NCBI RefSeq assembly: GCF_038871235.1
Contig: NZ_JAVZIN010000006.1
Location: 32,001-96,000, forward strand
Length of the DNA: 64,000 bases
Direction of reading: 5' to 3'
DNA from: Candidatus Hadarchaeum sp.
GTDB taxonomy: Archaea > Hadarchaeota > Hadarchaeia > Hadarchaeales > Hadarchaeaceae
The notes under the pieces are model-generated. The model made no database searches, was not told where the DNA came from, and saw only the letters and a list, made by a program, of their open reading frames with translations. Below are positions 28,198-37,977 of this stretch, piece after piece. The position numbers were made by a program, and so were the translations under genes. Within the stretch, counting starts at the first letter, position 1. Every line of letters starts with the position of its first letter.

Positions 28198-29448
28198 GTG
28201 GATAGTATTAGCGAAATCGTGGCAATTGAGAATATAGGTAAGCTAGTTTCTGGAGACATAAATCAACCCATCTTGGATGCCGACACGATATTGATCAAAG
28301 ATGGGAAAATAGCTGAGGTTGGATGGAAGGGAGAAGTTGACGTAGAAGCTGCCAAGACGCGCATCGACGCCATGGGACTGGTGGTGACGCCGGGTTTCAT
28401 CGACCCACACACCCACATGGTCATCGGCGATTGGACCCCGATTCAGAAGGCGATCGGCTGGATGGAGGGTGCTCTTCTGGCCGGAGTTACGACGATGATC
28501 TCCCAGGGTGAAAACAATATCGGCGGTCTACCTATGGACCCAGCGGGCAACAAAGCGCTGGCAATTCTCGCTGCCAAGACCTACAAAAAGTACCGCCCCG
28601 GCGGTGCCCTGAAGGTCCACGGTGGGGCTTTGATGCTGGTCGAGGGGCTGACGGAGCAGGACTTCAAGGAGATGGCCGAGGCCGGCGTCTGGTTGATTGC
28701 CGAAATAGGCGGCTGTGGCCTCTATAAACCGAAAGATGTGGTGCCGATGGTGAAGTGGGCCAGGAAATATGGTTTCAAGGTATCGGCCCATCTGGGACCG
28801 GTTTCAATACCGCTGTCCGCGCCGCTGATGGCTGACGAGATAATTGAGATAAACCCGGATCTGGCCGTACACGTGAATGGCGGCTCAACCTCAGTTCCCT
28901 TCGCCGAGGTGAAAAAACTCGTTGACAACGCTGATTTTCATCTTGAGGCAGTCTTCAACGGAAACCCAAGAGCGGCCGTGGAAATGGTTGATTACATGAG
29001 AAAAAAGGATGCACTGGATAGGCTGGTTATAGGTTCTGACACACCCACTGGAAACGGCATGATCCCGGTGGCGATCCTTCGAATGGTGGTCCAGATAGCA
29101 TCTCTGAATCGGCTGCCAGCCGCGGAGGTCATTGCTGCAGCCACGGGAAACACCGCCGATACTTTTGGTTTGAATGTGGGCAAAATTGAGGTCGGCCGGG
29201 AGGCGGACATAATAATACTGGATCGTCCGGCGGGGTCTCAAGGAAGAGACGCACTGGAGGCCATAGAGATAGGCGACATTCCAGGGACGACCTTGATAAT
29301 GGTTGATGGTCAGATAGTTGCCCTCAGGGGGAGGGATACTAGGCAGACGGCGGGCTGCGTCAAGATCAACGGCGTCGAGAGAAAGATAACCACGATGGAG
29401 GATTACCTCTGGGGTCCATGGAAGTTTGCCATCGACAGGCTGATCTGA
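28198..29448 (+). CDS. Enamidase-like amidohydrolase
   Basis: NIGKLVSGDI, DPHTH, GVTTMISQG, KVHGGA, HVNGG, GSDTPTG, GDIPG resemble Eubacterium barkeri enamidase as I recall it. Confidence 0.8.
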   Translation: MDSISEIVAIENIGKLVSGDINQPILDADTILIKDGKIAEVGWKGEVDVEAAKTRIDAMGLVVTPGFIDPHTHMVIGDWTPIQKAIGWMEGALLAGVTTMISQGENNIGGLPMDPAGNKALAILAAKTYKKYRPGGALKVHGGALMLVEGLTEQDFKEMAEAGVWLIAEIGGCGLYKPKDVVPMVKWARKYGFKVSAHLGPVSIPLSAPLMADEIIEINPDLAVHVNGGSTSVPFAEVKKLVDNADFHLEAVFNGNPRAAVEMVDYMRKKDALDRLVIGSDTPTGNGMIPVAILRMVVQIASLNRLPAAEVIAAATGNTADTFGLNVGKIEVGREADIIILDRPAGSQGRDALEAIEIGDIPGTTLIMVDGQIVALRGRDTRQTAGCVKINGVERKITTMEDYLWGPWKFAIDRLI

Positions 29449-29503
29449 ACGCAGTGAGTGCGCAAGCTATAAATCAAATGGGACTTAGAAAGGTTGTGGT
29501 GGA

Positions 29504-31648
29504 ATGGCTGAGGTGAAGAGAACCATCTGTATGGGTTGCCACTGTGAGTGCGGCGTCTTGGTAACAGTTGAGAATGGAAAGGTAACTAAAATAATTGGTG
29601 ATCCGGATCATCCCCAGAATGAAGGGGCCATTTGTGTAAGAGGAATGTCTTATCAGCAGCTTCTTTATCACCCCGACCGGCTGCGCCACCCGATGGAGCG
29701 TCAGCCCAACGGAGAATGGAAGAGGATCTCTTGGGACGAGGCGATGGATAAGATCGCCAGCAAGTTCAAGGAGCTGATTGACAAATACGGTCCGGAGTCG
29801 CTGGCCTTCGTTTTCTGCGACGGCGACCGGGATAACATAGTCTTCAACGTCGATTGGTTGACAGCGATCCAGAGCCCCCATCTGTTGGGAACCGACGCCC
29901 AGTACTGCATTCGGCCCAACTGGATTGCCGATGGCGTGACGTTTGGCCAGGCGCTGACTTGGGAAAAAGGGCCGGACTACAAGAACAGCAAATGCATCCT
30001 GATCTGGGGCGGAAACCCGCTTGAGACTCACCTCGGTTCCAAAGGACAGGAGATACTCCAAGCAAAATACAACAGAGGTGCCAAGCTCATAGTTGTCGAC
30101 CCGCGATTCACCAATCTGGCTTCCAAAGCTGACATCTGGCTACAGGTGAGGCCGGCGACTGATGCGGCTCTTGCCTTGGGAATGCTCAACGTTATCATCA
30201 ACGAGGAACTTTACGACAAGGACTTTGTCGCCGAGTGGACGGTGGGATTTGATAAACTTCGGGAGAGAGTTCAGGAATATCCTCCTGATAAGGTTGCTGA
30301 GATCACTTGGGTGCCGGAGGAGAAGATCAAGGAAGCGGCCCGGATGTATGCCACGAACAAGCCCGCTTCAGTACATCACAGAATGGGCGTCACCATGAAC
30401 ACCAACGGGCTCCAGACCTGCCGAGCCGTGGACATGTTGATAGCGATCACCGGCAACTTGGATATTCCTGGAGGCAACCTCCTGCCTTTTCCGTCACCCA
30501 CCAGCAGGGTTAGGTCGGCCTATGTGGAGTTTCCCAAACTTTACGCGGAAAGATTGCCTAAGGAAGTGAAGCAGAGGAGATACGGGGTGAAGGAGTTTCC
30601 CTTCGGTTATGATAAGGCCAATCCCTGGAACGATTCCCATCCTGTGCTAGCTTTTGACTCAATTCCTCAGGGAGGAATAAGGGGTATGTTTATCGTCAAC
30701 GATCCAGTAATGGGCATGCAGGGGAGCAAGCAGACGGCCAAGGACTTAGAACATCTGGAGTTTCTGGTGGTGATGGACTTCTGGATGACACCCACCGCCA
30801 GCTTTGCCAACATTGTCCTTCCGGCCGCGACTTGGCTGGAGAGGGACTTGGTTCATGAGCTGCACTACCCAAGCTACGTCGGCGTGGCACCCAAGGTAAT
30901 TGACCCAATCCCCGAGTGCCGAGACGAAAGGGAGGTTTCGATCGAACTGAGAAAGAGGCTAGGTCTGAAGAGCGCCTATCCGGTGGAAAGTGTGAAGGAA
31001 TGGAACGATTACCGCTTGGAAAGGCTGGGCGTGACCTTCGAGGAATTTTATCAGAAATATGGCACAGTTTTGAAGTTCCAGTTTGAGACTGAGAAATATA
31101 AGAAGTTCAAAAAGTTCCCGGGGACTCCCAGCGGAAAGGTCGAGCTGTATTCAAAGACGCTTGAGGAAAATGGAATAGATCCACTTCCCCACCACGAGGA
31201 GCCGCCAGTTGGTCCAGTAACCACGCCGGAGCTGATGGAAGAGTATCCTTTCATCTTCATCTCTGGAAGCAGAAAGGTGCTTTACTTCCACGGCTATGGG
31301 AGGCAACTGCCCTGGCTTCGCGAGATACAGCCGGATCCCGAAGTTGAGATAAACCCTGAGGCCGCCGAGAAGCTAGGAATCAAGGATGGCGATTGGGTCT
31401 GGATCGAGACCCCACAGGCCAAGGGAGAGCGGGTGAAGTTCAAGGCCAGGTTGACGTGGGGGATTCATCCCAAGGTAGTCAACGCCGATTCCCACTGGTG
31501 GTTCCCCGAGCGGAAGGACGATCCACATCGGGCCTGTTTTGAGTCCAACGTTAACGTGGTAGTGCCCAGATATCCACCCTATGACCCCGTCTTCGGCTGC
31601 CCGATCATTCGCGGGGCCATCTGCAAGATCACAAAGGTGGAGGCGTAA
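29504..31648 (+). CDS. Mo/W-bis-PGD oxidoreductase catalytic subunit (DMSO reductase family, acetylene hydratase-like clade)
   Basis: CMGCHCEC...C 4Fe-4S, VVDPR, RPATD, LPAATWLE, TPSGKVEL, HWWFPE; no Tat signal seen. Confidence 0.88.
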   Translation: MAEVKRTICMGCHCECGVLVTVENGKVTKIIGDPDHPQNEGAICVRGMSYQQLLYHPDRLRHPMERQPNGEWKRISWDEAMDKIASKFKELIDKYGPESLAFVFCDGDRDNIVFNVDWLTAIQSPHLLGTDAQYCIRPNWIADGVTFGQALTWEKGPDYKNSKCILIWGGNPLETHLGSKGQEILQAKYNRGAKLIVVDPRFTNLASKADIWLQVRPATDAALALGMLNVIINEELYDKDFVAEWTVGFDKLRERVQEYPPDKVAEITWVPEEKIKEAARMYATNKPASVHHRMGVTMNTNGLQTCRAVDMLIAITGNLDIPGGNLLPFPSPTSRVRSAYVEFPKLYAERLPKEVKQRRYGVKEFPFGYDKANPWNDSHPVLAFDSIPQGGIRGMFIVNDPVMGMQGSKQTAKDLEHLEFLVVMDFWMTPTASFANIVLPAATWLERDLVHELHYPSYVGVAPKVIDPIPECRDEREVSIELRKRLGLKSAYPVESVKEWNDYRLERLGVTFEEFYQKYGTVLKFQFETEKYKKFKKFPGTPSGKVELYSKTLEENGIDPLPHHEEPPVGPVTTPELMEEYPFIFISGSRKVLYFHGYGRQLPWLREIQPDPEVEINPEAAEKLGIKDGDWVWIETPQAKGERVKFKARLTWGIHPKVVNADSHWWFPERKDDPHRACFESNVNVVVPRYPPYDPVFGCPIIRGAICKITKVEA

Positions 31649-31650
31649 AG

Positions 31651-32151
31651 ATGGCAAAATACAAACTGCAGGCCGACGTAAAGAAGTGTATCGGCTGTCA
31701 TTCCTGTGAGATCGCCTGTAAGCAGGAGTTCAACCTGCCTGTGGGCCCAATGCCCATCCGCGTGGTTAAGATAGGGCCAAGGAAGATCGATGGCGGGCTC
31801 AGGACTGATTATGTGCCTGTTTTCTGCAAACATTGTGAGGACGCCCCGTGTATCAAAGCTTGTCCTGAGCACGCGCTGTACAAGAGACCTGATGGCATTG
31901 TTATGGTGGACAAGGAAAAATGCATCGGCTGTCAGCTTTGCATTGATGTCTGTCCGATAAACGCCCCCCAGTTTAATCCTGAGCTGGGGAAGATTGAGCT
32001 CTGTAATCTCTGCGCCCACAGAATTGACCGCGGCGAGAAACCTCTCTGCGTTTTGGTCTGTCCAGCCAGGTGTCTTTACTTCGGCGAAACAACGGAGATC
32101 AACAAAAAGATGCAGGAGATAAAGGTGAAGGACACCCTCGCCATTGAATAG
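31651..32151 (+). CDS. 4Fe-4S dicluster electron-transfer subunit (DmsB-like)
   Basis: Four Cys groups: CIGCHSCEIAC, CKHCEDAPCIKACP, CIGCQLCIDVCP, CNLC...CVLVCP. Confidence 0.9.
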   Translation: MAKYKLQADVKKCIGCHSCEIACKQEFNLPVGPMPIRVVKIGPRKIDGGLRTDYVPVFCKHCEDAPCIKACPEHALYKRPDGIVMVDKEKCIGCQLCIDVCPINAPQFNPELGKIELCNLCAHRIDRGEKPLCVLVCPARCLYFGETTEINKKMQEIKVKDTLAIE

Positions 32152-32173
32152 TCAAGTGATTTAGACGGTCGGT

Positions 32174-32755
32174 TCATTCCAATAAAAGCAGCACAAAGCT
32201 CTTGTAGGGTTCTCTATCCTTTATCACGTTGATTTCAAACCCTGCTTTTCTCGCCGTCTTATAAACATCGATTCCAACGGCTTCCATTGATGGCCTAGCT
32301 TTCCGCGGATACAGACAATCGGCCTTGCTCAATAGGCTGCGGTTCTCCGACTTTTCCGCCACACAAGGGTTGCAGTATCTGCACGGTCCTGAGACGAGCA
32401 GCAAAGCCCGGTAGAAGCCCATAAAGAAGGCTTCCCTCTCCAGCTCCAAGCTTTTTTCGTGGACCTGCCTCTGGTCTTCTTCATCTTTCATGTTTCTAAA
32501 CTCCATGAGCAGACCATATTTGTAGCCCCTCAACCACTTTCTGGTTTCTTCAGGGGTTGGTGTGTGGGGCGGGCAGGTGAGGCGAATTCCGTACATCCTG
32601 CAACCGTACTGGCATTTTATTCTTACATAATCCTCGATGAAGACATTGTCAGTTGAGATCATTTTGACGGAGCTTGCCCCCGTTTCCTTTGCCCTTTCAA
32701 TCAACACCTGCAATGGCTCTGTAACATCTGCCATATGGAATCTACCAGCTGCCAA
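32174..32755 (-). CDS. DUF2284 metal-binding protein
   Basis: KCQYGC...LTCPP, GPCRYC, ARPSMEAVGIDV; start may be ATG 32734. Confidence 0.8.
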   Translation of the reverse strand: MAAGRFHMADVTEPLQVLIERAKETGASSVKMISTDNVFIEDYVRIKCQYGCRMYGIRLTCPPHTPTPEETRKWLRGYKYGLLMEFRNMKDEEDQRQVHEKSLELEREAFFMGFYRALLLVSGPCRYCNPCVAEKSENRSLLSKADCLYPRKARPSMEAVGIDVYKTARKAGFEINVIKDREPYKSFVLLLLE

Positions 32756-32805
32756 AAATCATCATCGGCCCTTGATAAAAATCTTGTCCTGAAAGTGCTG
32801 GGAAT

Positions 32806-34164
32806 TCATTGGTACTGTCTGGGGTAAAATCTTCCGAAGCCCTCCCTGCCCCAGAAACTTCCCTCTCTTGCCACTATTTCTCCTCTGAGCATAGTCAATC
32901 TGGGAATGCCCTTGACCTTGAAACCTTCGAACGGTGACCAGTCGGCCCTATGGTGTAGCTTCTCAGCCCTTATCGTCATTTCCTCGTTCAAATCGATTAT
33001 CGTGAGGTCGGCGTCTGATCCTATCTGAATCGCACCTTTAGCGGGATAGAGTCCGAATATCTTCGCTGGCATGGTGGAGATTACTTCGACTATCCTCTCC
33101 AATGGTAGTTTTCTCCTGTGATAGCCCTCGCTGATCATCAGCATGACTCTAGTTTCAACTCCTGGGACTCCACCCTCGACCTCCCAGATGTTTTCCCAGC
33201 CCTTTTCTTTCTCTGCCTGCAGCGGTGCATAGTGATCCGTGACTAGCACGTCCAAAACTCCATCAGCCAATGCCTTCCACAGCGCTTCAGAATCGGCCTT
33301 GGTCCTTAGAGGCGGGTTTACCTGAAGATAGGGGCCGAATTTTTTCAGATCTTCTTGGTTAAAGATGAGATGGTGGGGGCAGGTTTCCCCGGACACCGGT
33401 AATCCCATTTTTTTAGCCCCTCTGATTAAGTCTGCCCCGGGACCAGACGAGACGTGGAAAATGTGGAGCGGCGTGCTCGTTTCCGAGGCCAGAAGTATTG
33501 CTCTAGAGATGGCCTCGACCTCAGCAATGATCGGTCTAGATAGTGCGTGTGCGATGGGATCGCTTCTTCCCAGTTTCTTGAGTTCATTCATCTGACGGAG
33601 TCTAATGCTTTCATTTTCGGCGTGAACGGTGGCCAATGATTTGGCTTCTCTGATTTTTCTGAAGGAATCAAACATAATCCCGCTGTCCAAGGGCTGCAGA
33701 CCATCAGGGTTGGCCATGAAATGTTTGAAGGAAACGGCACCCATTTTTGAAACATCAGGTATTTCTTCGATGTGTTTTTCCAGACAAATGGCAGCGTGAA
33801 GGGCGAAATCTATTGCACACATTTTTTCCCCATCTGCTTTCATCTGGACAAATGTTTTTTCCAACTCGCCCTTTCTAGGTACGGCAAAATCGATGACCGT
33901 GGTAGTTCCCCCAATTGCGGCCGCTTTAGTACCGTTGGCAAAGTCTTCCCTGTGCAGGCTACCCGGTATGTGTAGATGAACGTGAGCATCCACGGCACCA
34001 GGGATTACTATGTTCCCTTTCGCGTCGATTTTCTCATCGGCTGGTGGTAGGCTGGGTTCCTTGGCTATCGAGATAATTTTGCCCGCGTCGATGGCTAGAC
34101 CGGCTTCAAAGAAATTCCCTTGACTGAAGATTTTTCCATTGATCACAACGGTATCTACCGTCAT
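32806..34164 (-). CDS. Cyclic amidohydrolase (allantoinase/dihydropyrimidinase/dihydroorotase family)
   Basis: DAHVH, FKHFM (carbamylated Lys), VHAEN, HVSS, TDHYAP; start 34164 forms an ATGA overlap with the upstream gene. Confidence 0.9.
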   Translation of the reverse strand: MTVDTVVINGKIFSQGNFFEAGLAIDAGKIISIAKEPSLPPADEKIDAKGNIVIPGAVDAHVHLHIPGSLHREDFANGTKAAAIGGTTTVIDFAVPRKGELEKTFVQMKADGEKMCAIDFALHAAICLEKHIEEIPDVSKMGAVSFKHFMANPDGLQPLDSGIMFDSFRKIREAKSLATVHAENESIRLRQMNELKKLGRSDPIAHALSRPIIAEVEAISRAILLASETSTPLHIFHVSSGPGADLIRGAKKMGLPVSGETCPHHLIFNQEDLKKFGPYLQVNPPLRTKADSEALWKALADGVLDVLVTDHYAPLQAEKEKGWENIWEVEGGVPGVETRVMLMISEGYHRRKLPLERIVEVISTMPAKIFGLYPAKGAIQIGSDADLTIIDLNEEMTIRAEKLHHRADWSPFEGFKVKGIPRLTMLRGEIVAREGSFWGREGFGRFYPRQYQ

Positions 34165-35171
34165 CGTTGTAGCCTCTTTGATGATGCTACCCCAGCAAGC
34201 AGATATAATATGGTCCAAGTGGTGATCCAGTAAAGGGGCCAAGCAGGCAACTGGTAGGGCTGCCAAGCCGGGGTCGGGATCCACTCTACGTTGAAAGCGG
34301 TCACCATATTTTTGCCGACTTCATGGACGATTTTGAGCAGATCGGTTGTAGTGATTCCCAGTGGCTCATCAAGTCCTGGGGCGGCCCCGAGATCCAAGAC
34401 GTCCAGATCCAAGTTGAGGAAGAGGTGATCAACTCCTGCCCCTGCTTTTTTAATAGCTTCTCCAGTGATAGCTATGATTCCATTTTTTTCTATTTCAGTG
34501 TAAGTATATACAGTAGCTCCCTTCTTACGGTACCATTCCATCTGTTCCCTGAAGTTCCTCGGCCCCCTCATACCGATCTGGATAAAATTTTTCATGTTCA
34601 CTCCATCTAGCTCTGACACACGGGCTACCCAGCAGGCGAGAGACCATTTACTATTTTGGTGAGATTCCATGTTGTCAGCGTGGGCGTCCAGATGGATGAT
34701 GCCTAAATTACCACCAAGCCGGCATATGGATTTTGCAACAAGGTACGGGTGTGCCCCGACTGTCAGCGGGATGCATCCGGCTTCCAAAATTTCGAAAATT
34801 CTCTTCTCCGCAAGTTGAAAGTATTCTTCGATGTCCACCTGGTCTAAGGGATAAAATCCGGTAACGTCGCCGCAATCGACAAGGTTAACCTGGCCGAGGA
34901 CATCCATGTCAAGTTCGGGCAGATACCCTCCATATTTTATAGAGGCCTTTCTCAAGCGCATGGTGTCCATTATATTTACGCCAACTTCCCTACCGACCAG
35001 CATCTCGGCGCCTTGAGATGGCAAGCCTAAAAATGCCGCATCTGCACCCTTCAGCTCTCCCTTCTTCCTTGCTGCTGGAACCCCAAGAAAAGTTGGAACA
35101 TCGCCGTAAATGGTGGGGATGAGCATTTTTTGAAATTTTTCCATGGATTTCCTATACTTGATTTTACTCAC
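34161..35171 (-). CDS. Ureohydrolase (arginase/agmatinase family), divergent
   Basis: PTFLG, DCGD, HLDAHAD, QIGMRG, DLDVLD. Confidence 0.85.
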   Translation of the reverse strand: MSKIKYRKSMEKFQKMLIPTIYGDVPTFLGVPAARKKGELKGADAAFLGLPSQGAEMLVGREVGVNIMDTMRLRKASIKYGGYLPELDMDVLGQVNLVDCGDVTGFYPLDQVDIEEYFQLAEKRIFEILEAGCIPLTVGAHPYLVAKSICRLGGNLGIIHLDAHADNMESHQNSKWSLACWVARVSELDGVNMKNFIQIGMRGPRNFREQMEWYRKKGATVYTYTEIEKNGIIAITGEAIKKAGAGVDHLFLNLDLDVLDLGAAPGLDEPLGITTTDLLKIVHEVGKNMVTAFNVEWIPTPAWQPYQLPAWPLYWITTWTILYLLAGVASSKRLQR

Positions 35172-35275
35172 AAAACCACGCCTTAATTTTGGGCGGTTAT
35201 CATAAAAGTTTTCAGTTTTAAGCCGAATGTTTAAAGATACCTTAGTTAGAGTTAATTCTCAGGAGTGAGATTTTT

Positions 35276-35578
35276 ATGCAACAGATAGAGGTGTCAGTAG
35301 TTTACCTGTCTTTTTTCCAGGAGCTCACAGGGACAAGAGAGGAAAGAGTGAAGGTTCAGAAGGGGATGACGCTAAGAGAGTTTCTGGAACTACTGTGCGT
35401 CAGACACGGTGAAGTCTTTAGAAAAACCATTTTTGATCCGAAGACCGGTCGTGTTTTCAGTCATAACCACATAACTCTGAACGGGCAGCTGGCCCATCTC
35501 TTGGATAAAAACCTCGGAGTTAACCTGAGAGAGGGAGACCGCGTGGTTATAGCCCACGCTGTTTCTGGCGGCGAGTAG
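35276..35578 (+). CDS. MoaD/ThiS ubiquitin-like sulfur carrier ending GGE
   Basis: Beta-grasp pattern, LREGDRV, C-terminus VSGGE*; next to an AOR gene. Confidence 0.82.
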   Translation: MQQIEVSVVYLSFFQELTGTREERVKVQKGMTLREFLELLCVRHGEVFRKTIFDPKTGRVFSHNHITLNGQLAHLLDKNLGVNLREGDRVVIAHAVSGGE

Positions 35579-35585
35579 TCCCGGT

Positions 35586-37511
35586 TCAAAATGGAATTTT
35601 GCCCAGCTTTTCCAGCTCTTCAGCCACATAGTCCAAGGCGAGTTCTTCCAGCTTTTTCCGGGGGATAAAACCAGTTTTCGGATCCCATCCTCTCAGGTTA
35701 TAGTATTCATCTAACATTTTATCCAGTTCTACCACGTGCCCTTTGCTTACACCCTCCGGGGCAGGCGTTTTCGTAAATCTTTCAGGCAGAGTGTCGTCCT
35801 CCTTGCTCAAACCTTCTCGGATATTGAAGGCCCTTTGGAGGTTGACTATCCTCTCGCCAATTCTTCTCAAATCCCCGCCGTTTACCTTCATCCCAGTAGC
35901 CAGCCTCAGGATTTTAGCCATATCTTCAAAATAAATCTGCCCCGTGTACAGCGGCAGGCAGGTTCCGGAGCTTTTGCATAGCGATAAACTGTCGCAGAGG
36001 GCGCAGAGTTCCTCGCCGTCTTTTACTTCGTAGGCCTTGTATTTAGGGCTCAGCGGCCGGGCCATCTCGGGAAGATATTTTTCGCCGAACCTTGCCTTGA
36101 TTGGCTCCTCCCTGCCGAGTTCGTCCAGCAACGGAAAGGCCTTGAGATGATCGCCCCCACGATTGGCAACCGCGTGAGCCAGACCCATAGATTTCTGAGC
36201 CCTGCCATCCTGTGCGGCTATTTCCAGCTTTTTCACGGTCATCAGATATTTTTCCGAGCCACGGCCAATTTTTTGTGCCGCCCGGTAACTGCCCTCGGCT
36301 AGAAGGGCGCCAAATCCTTCCCTATGAGCAATTTTAGGAATCAACTTAATCACTGCCTCGTAGTTACCCCAATTCAGCTCTATGCCATCGGTGTCCTCTT
36401 TGGTGAGAATGCCATTTTCGTAGCATTCCATGGCCCAAGATATAGTTCCTCCAGTGGAGATGGTATCTAAGCCCAGCTCATCGCAAAGCTCGTTAGCATA
36501 GATAATCGCATCCAAGTTTTTGATCCCCAACCTAGCGCCCAATGCTGATAGGGTTTCATACTCTGGCTGTTTACCATATATTCCAGCGTAAGGCGGGTTT
36601 TTGACACGAACCGGTTTTTCACAGGTGGCCCAGCAACCGAACCCGCCCCGATCCTTTATCCGGTACTCCTTTCTGATCCTTTCCCCGCCGATTTCCTTGG
36701 CGAAGGGAAATACACCGGTTTGAAAGTTCCTTACAGGCCACCGAGCGATCTCGTTCATCAGCTCCACAAGAATGGGAGTGCCGAATTTTATTCTGTCGAG
36801 AATGTAAAAGTCGTTCTTATAAACTTCGATAATACTTTTCATGAATTCATAAAACTCTACTGGATTTTCCGTTTTCACATCTTTTGTGCCTCTAACCGCA
36901 ACGGCTTTTAAGTTCTTAGATCCCATCACAGTGCCGAGCCCGCAACGAGCCGCGGCCCTTCTCTGGCTGATAATTGAGGCATACTTGACCAGATTTTCGC
37001 CAGCGGGTCCGCAGCAAGCAACTTGAATTCTGTAGTCACCAAGGTCCTTTCTTATTATCTCCTCAGCTTCGCCGGTGGTCTTGTTCCAGATATCTTCAGC
37101 GTCCATGATCTTGACGTTGTCATCGTCAATCCAGAGATAAACAGGGCTACTGGCTTTCCCTTGAAAGACGATGGCGTCGTAACCAGCAAACTTTAGTTCC
37201 GGACCCCAGTGGCCGCAGCAGCTGGAGTCGCCGTAAATCCCGGTAAGCGGGGACTTGGCGCCGACCTCAAATCTGCAGCTGACTGGCCAGCCCGTGCCGC
37301 AAAGCGGTCCCACGGCAAAGATGAGCCGATTTTCAGGGGAGAGTGGATCGATAGCTGGGCCGACTTCATCCCACAAAATCTTGGTGACGAATCCCGCACC
37401 ACCGAGAAAGCTTTCGGCAAGTCCAGCATCCAAAGGCTGCTTGGTGACCACTTTGTTCGTCAGGTCCACCCGGATTATTTTTCCCCCATAGGCTTTGTAC
37501 TTAAAGCTCAT
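35586..37511 (-). CDS. Tungsten-dependent aldehyde:ferredoxin oxidoreductase family protein
   Basis: KSPLTG, GPAGEN, MGSKNLKAV, PEYET, GLDTISTG, DDTLPERF, EYYNLRGW. Confidence 0.93.
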   Translation of the reverse strand: MSFKYKAYGGKIIRVDLTNKVVTKQPLDAGLAESFLGGAGFVTKILWDEVGPAIDPLSPENRLIFAVGPLCGTGWPVSCRFEVGAKSPLTGIYGDSSCCGHWGPELKFAGYDAIVFQGKASSPVYLWIDDDNVKIMDAEDIWNKTTGEAEEIIRKDLGDYRIQVACCGPAGENLVKYASIISQRRAAARCGLGTVMGSKNLKAVAVRGTKDVKTENPVEFYEFMKSIIEVYKNDFYILDRIKFGTPILVELMNEIARWPVRNFQTGVFPFAKEIGGERIRKEYRIKDRGGFGCWATCEKPVRVKNPPYAGIYGKQPEYETLSALGARLGIKNLDAIIYANELCDELGLDTISTGGTISWAMECYENGILTKEDTDGIELNWGNYEAVIKLIPKIAHREGFGALLAEGSYRAAQKIGRGSEKYLMTVKKLEIAAQDGRAQKSMGLAHAVANRGGDHLKAFPLLDELGREEPIKARFGEKYLPEMARPLSPKYKAYEVKDGEELCALCDSLSLCKSSGTCLPLYTGQIYFEDMAKILRLATGMKVNGGDLRRIGERIVNLQRAFNIREGLSKEDDTLPERFTKTPAPEGVSKGHVVELDKMLDEYYNLRGWDPKTGFIPRKKLEELALDYVAEELEKLGKIPF

Positions 37512-37977
37512 TTTTTTCCTCCGTTATCTCCTTAAGTTTCAACGCACGTTTTATTCCTGTTTCATAGGCAATGTCGTTAGGATCAACAAATCTCAACTTC
37601 CCCGGGGGGCAGTGTTTCACGCAGTTTCCGCACTGATCGCACTTTATCGCTGTTCCCTTGTCCGGGTGAAGCCAGATGGCACCGAAGGGACATTCTTGAA
37701 CACAGACGCCGCAGCCGATACACTTTTGGGAGTCGACCACCCACACCCGGCCTCTTCTTTCTATGGCGTCCACCGGGCAGCTTTGGGCGCAGGGCGCGTT
37801 CTCACATTGCCGGCAGACGATCGGGTTGTCGTAGGCGGCGCCGATTCTGACGACGCGTATTCTGGATTTCTGAGGATTCATCAGACCTTCCTTGATGTAG
37901 CTGCAGGCTATCTCGCAGTTTCTGCATCCGGTGCATTCGAGCGGGTCTATATACAATATTCTCCTTGACATTTTCAA
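37501..37977 (-). CDS. 4Fe-4S dicluster subunit of the AOR-family enzyme
   Basis: CTGCRNCEIAC, CRQC...CAQSCP, CIGCGVCVQECP, CDQC. Confidence 0.9.
   Translation of the reverse strand: MKMSRRILYIDPLECTGCRNCEIACSYIKEGLMNPQKSRIRVVRIGAAYDNPIVCRQCENAPCAQSCPVDAIERRGRVWVVDSQKCIGCGVCVQECPFGAIWLHPDKGTAIKCDQCGNCVKHCPPGKLRFVDPNDIAYETGIKRALKLKEITEEKNEL

Noticed and set aside
29504-31648. True acetylene hydratase
   Set aside because: Lacks the Asp next to the FeS Cys and has an electron-transfer partner, which implies redox chemistry
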